Of a stretch of DNA of 64,000 nt, positions 57,868 through 64,000 are shown piece by piece. The position numbers were made by a program, and so were the translations under genes. Origin of the DNA: Alphaproteobacteria bacterium (GTDB lineage Bacteria > Pseudomonadota > Alphaproteobacteria > M2410); assembly GCA_030614785.1 (NCBI GenBank), contig JAUWTJ010000010.1:615-64614 (forward strand), in the 5' to 3' direction. How positions within the stretch are numbered: position 1 is the stretch's first letter; every line of letters starts with the position of its first letter. The notes below the pieces were generated by a model. It did no database searches. It was not told the origin of the DNA and saw only the letters and a program-made list of their open reading frames with translations.

Positions 57868-59466
57868 ATGCGGGATGCAATTATCATCGGGGCAGGGGTT
57901 ACCGGGATCTACCTGCTGCACCGACTCAAGGACCTCGGGCTTGATGCAACGGTGCTGGAGGCCGGTGACGACCTTGGCGGTACCTGGTACTGGAACCGCT
58001 ATCCCGGGGCGCGGTTTGATTCTGAAAGCTATAGCTACGGCTATTCCTTTTCCCGCGAGATCTTCGATGAATGGAATTGGTCTGAACACTTCGCCGGCCA
58101 GCCCGAAACGCTGCGCTATCTGAACTTCGTGACCGACAAGCTGGGCATCCGGGACCATATGCAGTTCGGCTGCCAGGTCACGGCGGCAACGTTTGATGAC
58201 GACAACAACTGCTGGCGGGTTGAAATGGCCGACGGGCGCATCGAGACCGGGCGCTATCTTCTCGGCGCCCTGGGCATCCTGTCCGCGCCGACCTTGCCGC
58301 GCATTGACGGCATCGACACGTTTGAAGGCGAGGCGTTTCACACCTACTACTGGCCAAAGGATCGCGATGTCGAGCTTGCCGGCAAACGCGTTGCTGTCAT
58401 CGGAACCGGCGCAACCGGCGTACAGGCGATCTCTGAAATTGCTCCAAAGGTCGGATCGCTTACGGTGTTCCAGCGCCGCCCGAACTGGTGCGCCCCGCTC
58501 CACAACGCCAGGATCGATGAAGCCGCGCAAGCACAGTACAAGGCGTCCCATGATGAGATTTTCGAAAAACTGAGCCAGACCCGTGGCAGTTTTTTGCATG
58601 ATGTCGATCCGCGCAGCTATCATGACGTTTCAGAAGAGGAGCGTCTGGCGCTGTGGGAAAAACTTTACGGCTCGCCCGGCTTTGGCGTCTGGCTGTCCAA
58701 TTTCGCCGAGGTGTTTCTTGAGCCGGAGGTTAATGCGGTTTACTCGGAGTTTATCGCGGATAAAATTCGCAGCCGCGTCAACGACCCTGAAACAGCAGAA
58801 AGGCTGATCCCCAAAGATCATGGCTTTGGCAATCAGCGCGTCCCGCTCGAGACCCGATACTATGAGGCCTATAACCTGGACACGGTGCACCTGATCGATG
58901 CGATGGCCACGCCCATCGAGCGCATAACAAAGACCGGCATCAAGACCAGCGAGGAAGACTTCGAATTCGACCTGATCATCTATGCGACAGGATTTGATTC
59001 TTTCACCGGCTCCTACGACAGGATCGACATTCGCGGATCAGGGGGCCAGAAGCTGCGAGATAAATGGCACGACGGCCCGGTGACCTATCTTGGCCTTCAA
59101 GCCGCAGGCTTTCCGAATTTGTTTATGCTTGCCGGACCGCAAAGCGCCTCGGCCTCATCCAACTTCCCGCCCTCCATTGAAGCCTGCGTCAACTGGACCG
59201 TGGAGATGATCACGCACCTCAAGGCAAACAATCTTGAACGGGTCGAAGCCTCTCCCGGCGCCGAGGAAGCATGGACGGACGCCATCAAGGCCGGCTATAA
59301 AGGCACCATGCTGGCCCGGGCCAAGTCCTGGTTCACCGGCTATAATTCCAATGTGGACGGCCATGACAAGCTGCGCCACATGATGTATCTCGGCGGTGCG
59401 CCGACCTACCGGGCAACCCTGGCCGATGTCGCAGCAAAAGGCTATGAGGGCTTTGAGCTGAAGTAG
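57868..59466 (+). CDS. Type I Baeyer-Villiger monooxygenase
   Basis: IIIGAGVTG, GGTWYWNRYPGARFDSE, fingerprint FEGEAFHTYYWP, IGTGATGVQ; GGAGGA RBS before 57868. Confidence 0.92.
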   Translation: MRDAIIIGAGVTGIYLLHRLKDLGLDATVLEAGDDLGGTWYWNRYPGARFDSESYSYGYSFSREIFDEWNWSEHFAGQPETLRYLNFVTDKLGIRDHMQFGCQVTAATFDDDNNCWRVEMADGRIETGRYLLGALGILSAPTLPRIDGIDTFEGEAFHTYYWPKDRDVELAGKRVAVIGTGATGVQAISEIAPKVGSLTVFQRRPNWCAPLHNARIDEAAQAQYKASHDEIFEKLSQTRGSFLHDVDPRSYHDVSEEERLALWEKLYGSPGFGVWLSNFAEVFLEPEVNAVYSEFIADKIRSRVNDPETAERLIPKDHGFGNQRVPLETRYYEAYNLDTVHLIDAMATPIERITKTGIKTSEEDFEFDLIIYATGFDSFTGSYDRIDIRGSGGQKLRDKWHDGPVTYLGLQAAGFPNLFMLAGPQSASASSNFPPSIEACVNWTVEMITHLKANNLERVEASPGAEEAWTDAIKAGYKGTMLARAKSWFTGYNSNVDGHDKLRHMMYLGGAPTYRATLADVAAKGYEGFELK

Positions 59467-59473
59467 CAGGGCG

Positions 59474-60148
59474 CTAACACCAGCTGGCCTGGCTCGAGGA
59501 CGGCTCGCGCAGCAACTCCCGGATATTGGCTTCAATGATCCTGAAGCCGACGTTGCCATAAAGCTTCTGCCGCCCGTTGTTGAGAAGATATGTCGGGCTG
59601 CCTTCAATACTATGGATCTGTTGCTCCTGGACATCGCGGTCCCAGGCGGCAAAAGCCATTCCGTCGGCAAGGTGGCCCTCGATGGCGCTGCGCGAAAGCC
59701 CCAGCTCTTCAACCAGTTCCATCTGGACTTCACGTCTGGCGATATCGCGTGCTTCCACAAAGAAAGCCCTGCGCAATCGGCCGGCCAGACGTTCCACATC
59801 ATCATTTTCCCCGCCCCGGCTACATAACTCAGCAGCCTTGAGCAGCAGGTGCACGCCGCCGGAGGAAACCGGCCTCACCTTTGTCCAGACGTCCGGATGC
59901 AGCGCGACATGGTCGAACCGCGACACGATTTCCGCCACGTGAGCGCCATACCCTTCAAAGCCGCCGCGGTCTTTCCACCCGGTGTTGAATTTGGTCTCGG
60001 TGTCCCCAAACAGAGAGATAAACCTGTAGTCAAAGCTGACCTGGTCTTCAAACTGTTCCCTGACCTCAACAATGCGCCGCTCGGCAATATACGCCCAGAC
60101 GCACAGAATATCTGAAAAGCAGGCAATGTGGATGGGTGTTGCGGACAT
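59474..60148 (-). CDS. DsbA-family (FrnE/HCCA-isomerase-like) protein
   Basis: FSDILCVWAY, LRRAFF..ARDI, IEGSPTYLLN; TGATG overlap with the upstream gene. Confidence 0.8.
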   Translation of the reverse strand: MSATPIHIACFSDILCVWAYIAERRIVEVREQFEDQVSFDYRFISLFGDTETKFNTGWKDRGGFEGYGAHVAEIVSRFDHVALHPDVWTKVRPVSSGGVHLLLKAAELCSRGGENDDVERLAGRLRRAFFVEARDIARREVQMELVEELGLSRSAIEGHLADGMAFAAWDRDVQEQQIHSIEGSPTYLLNNGRQKLYGNVGFRIIEANIRELLREPSSSQASWC

Positions 60149-60774
60149 CAGGTTTCTTTCGCTCCGCCCCCGGCGTTGAATTCCTCGGTCGAGTTTGATC
60201 GAGGATAGTCCGTCTCCGGAACATCGCACCCCAGAAATTCGCACAGCGGCGCCCATCCGTCCTTGGCTTCGAAAACCAGAAGCTTGTCAGCCGGACATGT
60301 CGCTTGCACGGCTTCATTGTGGCGATTGAAGATATCGATGACCCGGGCCTTGTCGTCAAGGCGGCCATCAAAGATCGGGTTCCAGACAATTTCAAACGCC
60401 CACTCCCCGAAGGCCTTTATATTTTCGTCGTCGGATTCAGCGGCCGCGACGCAGGTCGGATAAATTGTGTTCATCACACTTTTGTACCAGCTCTCCGGAT
60501 CGCGCAGCGACAGGATGACTTTGGCGTCGGGAAAATGTTTCAGCTGGTCTTGCCACAAATTGCACGACGGCCAGTCGACGGTTGCCTGAAAGCCGTCAAA
60601 CAGCGCGTCGAGATCAACGCCCTCGCCTCTGTGCGCCTTTGACCAGACCGCGCGGTGCTCCGGCTGCACTTCCATCATATGATAGCACTTGTCGAACCCC
60701 AGCTGCTCCAGCGCCAGCTTGAGCGACAGGGTTCCTGTCCGGCCAAACCCCGCACCAATTACCTTGAGAGACAT
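60148..60774 (-). CDS. P-loop sulfotransferase-family protein
   Basis: LKVIGAGFGRTGTLSLKLALEQLGF, CYHM, ATVDWPSC, RDPESWYKS, LLVF..KDGWAPLCEFLG. Confidence 0.85.
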   Translation of the reverse strand: MSLKVIGAGFGRTGTLSLKLALEQLGFDKCYHMMEVQPEHRAVWSKAHRGEGVDLDALFDGFQATVDWPSCNLWQDQLKHFPDAKVILSLRDPESWYKSVMNTIYPTCVAAAESDDENIKAFGEWAFEIVWNPIFDGRLDDKARVIDIFNRHNEAVQATCPADKLLVFEAKDGWAPLCEFLGCDVPETDYPRSNSTEEFNAGGGAKET

Positions 60775-60806
60775 ATCTTCTCCTTGCATAAGGGGGACAG
60801 ACAGGC

Positions 60807-63458
60807 TTACTCCGCCGCATCCTGCTGCACACGGTCGGCAATATGGCAGGTGACTTTGGTGCCCTTGCCCGGCTCGCTCTCCAGCGCTACCCAGCCGCCA
60901 TGCAGCTCAACGAAGCTTTTGACCAGCGACAGGCCAAGGCCCGCGCCGCGCTTGCCCTTGCCGCCGGTATTTTCAAACCGGTCAAACACCGCCGGCTGAT
61001 GTTTCGGATCGATGCCGGAGCCGGTGTCCTGCACCCAGATCGCCACATCACGGCCATGCCGTGAGGCCCCGAGGGTCACCGTGCCGCTCTTGCCTGTGAA
61101 ATGGATCGCGTTGGACAGGAGGTTGAAGAGGATCTGCTTCAGACGTCGTTCATCAGCATAGATCACACCAACATCGTCGCACGGCTCCAGACGCAAGGTA
61201 AGACCGCTGTCGAGCGCCTTCTTTTGCATGAGAGACATAGCCGTCTCAAGAACATCACCGAGATTAACTTCCACAACCTCAAGCGCCATGCCACCGGCTT
61301 CAATCGTGGCAAGATCAATAATATCATTAATCAGCCCAAGGAGTTGATCCGAGGCATCAAGAATATCGCCGACATATTCAACCTGTTTGTCATTCAGATC
61401 GCCCAGCATCTTCTCATGCAACATGCTCGAAAACCCGATAATGGAATTAAGCGGCGTTCTGAGTTGATAGGAAACGTGGTTGACGAATTCAGATTTCAGC
61501 TTGTCGGCGGTCTCCAGCGCCTCGTTGCGCTCGCGCAAAGCGCGCTCGATCTTGATCGTGTCGGTCACATCCAGGAAGCTGGTCAGCACGGCCCCGTCAG
61601 GCAACGGCATCACACCATAGGATATCGTCACCCCGTCAAGCTTGTCCATCTGGCCGGTCTGAGCCTTGCGCGCCGCTTCTCCGGAGGTAATCCCCCGACG
61701 CAGCAGAGCCCATTCATCGCGGTCGCTCACCTGATCGCCGCACCATTCTGCGATCGTATCAAAGTGCGGTTCACCCTTAAGGCGGTCCTTCGACAGCCCC
61801 CAGATCCGCTCAAACGCCGCATTGTGAAGCCGGAGCCGACCATCGGCACCAAACACCGCCACGCCGTCATAGAGGTGATCAAGCGTTTCTGTCTGTGTAT
61901 TGATGAGTTTATTGTAATTGCTCTCAAGCGTCACATGGTCGGTGACATCTTCATAGAGCGAGATCAAACCGCCAAAGGGGTGCGGCCGCAGGATAACCCT
62001 GAGCGTGCGCCCATCCGGTAGATGCCACGTCTCGTCCTGTTGGGAAATAAGATTGGAATATAGCTCCAGTTTCTTCTTCTTCCACGCCGGAAAATCGGCT
62101 TGCTCGGGCAGGCGCCGCATCTCGCGCAAGCGTTCCAGCACCTCGCCCTCAAACGGATTGGCATCGAGAAATTCCTCGTCCATCTGCCACAGATTGAGAT
62201 AGGCGCGATTGTAAAACACCAGCCGCTTGTCGCCACTGAAAATAGCAACCGCAGTCGCAAGCGTATTGAGCGTCTCGGCGTGGGCATCAATATGGCGCAG
62301 GCGATCATTTTGCGCCTGATCCAGTTCAGACGCATCAAGCGCCATGCCGACCGTGCCGCTTTCCTGCGGCAGTTCGACAAAGTCAAGCGCCCGGCGCTGA
62401 CCGCTGACGACGACGTAACGCCGGTCGCTGACATAGTCGAGGCGCTCGACCGCCTCTGCCGCCAGCTGCTTGCCGGTATGGTCAAGCTCCGTTTCGTTTT
62501 CAATGACGCTGGCCAGGTCCGCTTCCTCAACGGCGCGTATATAGGCACGGTTCGCCCAGTCCAGTCGCAGCGCGCCATCCCGGCGCCAGATCGGAAACGG
62601 CAAAGCATCAAGCAGACCCGACAGCATGGATCGTTGTTCCACCTCGGCGTCGAGCTGACGCGAAAGGGCGCTCGCCTGACGGCCTTCTTCAGAGGCATCC
62701 CTGAGCCACACAACCGCCTTGCCACCGGCCGGGCGCCCTTCAGCCAGAAAGATCTTGCCCCCCGGGGTCTCCACTTCAAGGGTAAAGGCCGTACCATCTG
62801 TCTTCAGGTCCTGCACGGCAGCAACCAGCTTTGATTTGTGCTGGCGGTGCAGCCCGGACAGGAAGAGGTCAAAGATGCTGGTCGCACCGCCTTTGCCGCC
62901 ATTTTTTGAGCCAGGTTCAACCGGGCCTGAAATCCCCAGAACGCTGCCCAGGGCTTTCGGACTGCCAAGGATGCGGGGGCGGCCGAGCGGTGAAAAGGCG
63001 GCCGAGGGCGGGGCCTCCGCCTTCATGTCTGCGGGACCTTCAAGCAAGGCCGCTGGTGGCAGCGCCTCGTCTTCGAAATCCTCGTCGTCGTCTTCGGAAG
63101 GCTCGAGCCGGTCGCTTGGCCACACCAGAACCACCTGCGGCTCAACAGCCAAAATGGATTCAGCCCAGTAAAGCTGCCCTTCGGCATCAGCAAGGCGAGA
63201 GCGCAGCCGGCCCACCTTTTGCTCTTCCAGCAGGCGGTTGCGAACCATATAGCCGGTAACCATTACAGCAAGCGCGACAGAGGCAATCGCGACAACCAAA
63301 AGCGCATAGTAGCTGTAGGTACCCCAGCCTGCCCCGGCCACCTCGGTAACCGCAAAGGCCCCCGGAGCATAGATGCCGAAAAAAATCCCCGTCGCCAGCG
63401 CCGAATACCGCACATAAGCCTTGCGCCGGATCCGTTTTTTTTGTGCAAGTGAGGTCAT
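60807..63458 (-). CDS. divL: DivL-type multi-PAS pseudokinase
   Basis: TM, several PAS domains, HisKA box FVNHVSYQLRTPL with Tyr at the phosphoacceptor His position, QILFNLLSNA, DTGSGI, GAGLGLS. Confidence 0.85.
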   Translation of the reverse strand: MTSLAQKKRIRRKAYVRYSALATGIFFGIYAPGAFAVTEVAGAGWGTYSYYALLVVAIASVALAVMVTGYMVRNRLLEEQKVGRLRSRLADAEGQLYWAESILAVEPQVVLVWPSDRLEPSEDDDEDFEDEALPPAALLEGPADMKAEAPPSAAFSPLGRPRILGSPKALGSVLGISGPVEPGSKNGGKGGATSIFDLFLSGLHRQHKSKLVAAVQDLKTDGTAFTLEVETPGGKIFLAEGRPAGGKAVVWLRDASEEGRQASALSRQLDAEVEQRSMLSGLLDALPFPIWRRDGALRLDWANRAYIRAVEEADLASVIENETELDHTGKQLAAEAVERLDYVSDRRYVVVSGQRRALDFVELPQESGTVGMALDASELDQAQNDRLRHIDAHAETLNTLATAVAIFSGDKRLVFYNRAYLNLWQMDEEFLDANPFEGEVLERLREMRRLPEQADFPAWKKKKLELYSNLISQQDETWHLPDGRTLRVILRPHPFGGLISLYEDVTDHVTLESNYNKLINTQTETLDHLYDGVAVFGADGRLRLHNAAFERIWGLSKDRLKGEPHFDTIAEWCGDQVSDRDEWALLRRGITSGEAARKAQTGQMDKLDGVTISYGVMPLPDGAVLTSFLDVTDTIKIERALRERNEALETADKLKSEFVNHVSYQLRTPLNSIIGFSSMLHEKMLGDLNDKQVEYVGDILDASDQLLGLINDIIDLATIEAGGMALEVVEVNLGDVLETAMSLMQKKALDSGLTLRLEPCDDVGVIYADERRLKQILFNLLSNAIHFTGKSGTVTLGASRHGRDVAIWVQDTGSGIDPKHQPAVFDRFENTGGKGKRGAGLGLSLVKSFVELHGGWVALESEPGKGTKVTCHIADRVQQDAAE

Positions 63459-63801
63459 ACTCTCCGGTCTCGTCGGGGCGCAGGTCTACGGCGGTTTACA
63501 ACCAGCTTGCGATCTTTCTTCGATCACGAATCAGTCGCATGATTCTAACAACGTTACGACCCTCAAGACCAGTTACCAGATCCCTGCAGACCGCCTGTCG
63601 CCTGCCAGACTTCGATACTACCCCCAAAAAAAGGCAACGATGCCTGCGGAACCCGCGAACACCTCCCCTTTACCCGTGTGTGTTTTAACCATCTTTGCTG
63701 ATGAGAGCAAGGACAGGCCTGCATCCCCGGGGACCAGCCTGGATACGAGAATAGACAGCCCGGGACAGCGCAACTATCGTTACGAAAAGGGAGTGATTCA
63801 C

Positions 63802-64000
63802 ATGGTCATAAACGCTGGACGAGTGCGGCATATCGGCCTCTTATTGGCAGTTTTTTGCGCCTCCACACTGGTATTGGGGTCTTCACCGGGCCTCTCATTG
63901 GGGGCTTCATGGGCCTATGCTGCGGATCTGGGCAAGGCAGCGCCCGCCCGTGTCGGTCTCTCGGCTGAGCGGCTCGAGCGGCTGACCCCTTTTGCACAGC
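63802..64000 (+). CDS. 5' end of a probable secreted serine hydrolase (beta-lactamase family), runs off the window
   Basis: GGGAG RBS, signal-like hydrophobic N-terminus, APARVGLSAERLERL motif. Confidence 0.55.
   Translation, partial: MVINAGRVRHIGLLLAVFCASTLVLGSSPGLSLGASWAYAADLGKAAPARVGLSAERLERLTPFAQ

Overview
Alphaproteobacterial chromosome segment. The gene set and CYP153 placement suggest a Hyphomicrobiales/Parvibaculaceae-like hydrocarbon or surfactant degrader (inference). Four zones: (1) 1-27.4 kb, an accessory region downstream of the 3' end of tRNA-Ala(GGC): GMC oxidoreductase, CoA-transferase, tyrosine phenol-lyase with Lrp regulator, a PAS/LuxR-HTH/alpha-beta-hydrolase fusion with two identical 20-bp boxes upstream of a PEP-CTERM gene, decayed IS66 and IS5 elements, three Cys-type sulfatases, a DUF1254/DUF1214 protein, two TetR regulators with large palindromic operators, a cytochrome c5/FAD oxidase/DSD1-type PLP enzyme operon with Tat motifs, an octaheme cytochrome c-TPR protein and an AT-rich K+ channel gene. 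(2) 27.5-49.1 kb, core genes: TIGR02300, aroA-cmk-rpsA, sulfurtransferase, ihfB-lapA-trpFBA-accD-folC, and convergent tsaE-amgK-murU-addB-addA-trxA; trxA reads WFGPC instead of WCGPC. (3) 49.2-60.8 kb, a catabolic block between tsaE and divL: CYP153 system, a 147-bp MITE, hydrolase, IS30 scar, xanthine-dehydrogenase-family M-S-L plus MoaD, BVMO, DsbA-like protein, sulfotransferase. (4) divL pseudokinase and the start of a serine hydrolase. No CRISPR, rRNA or integrase was seen. All calls come from motif recognition by eye; no database searches were run.
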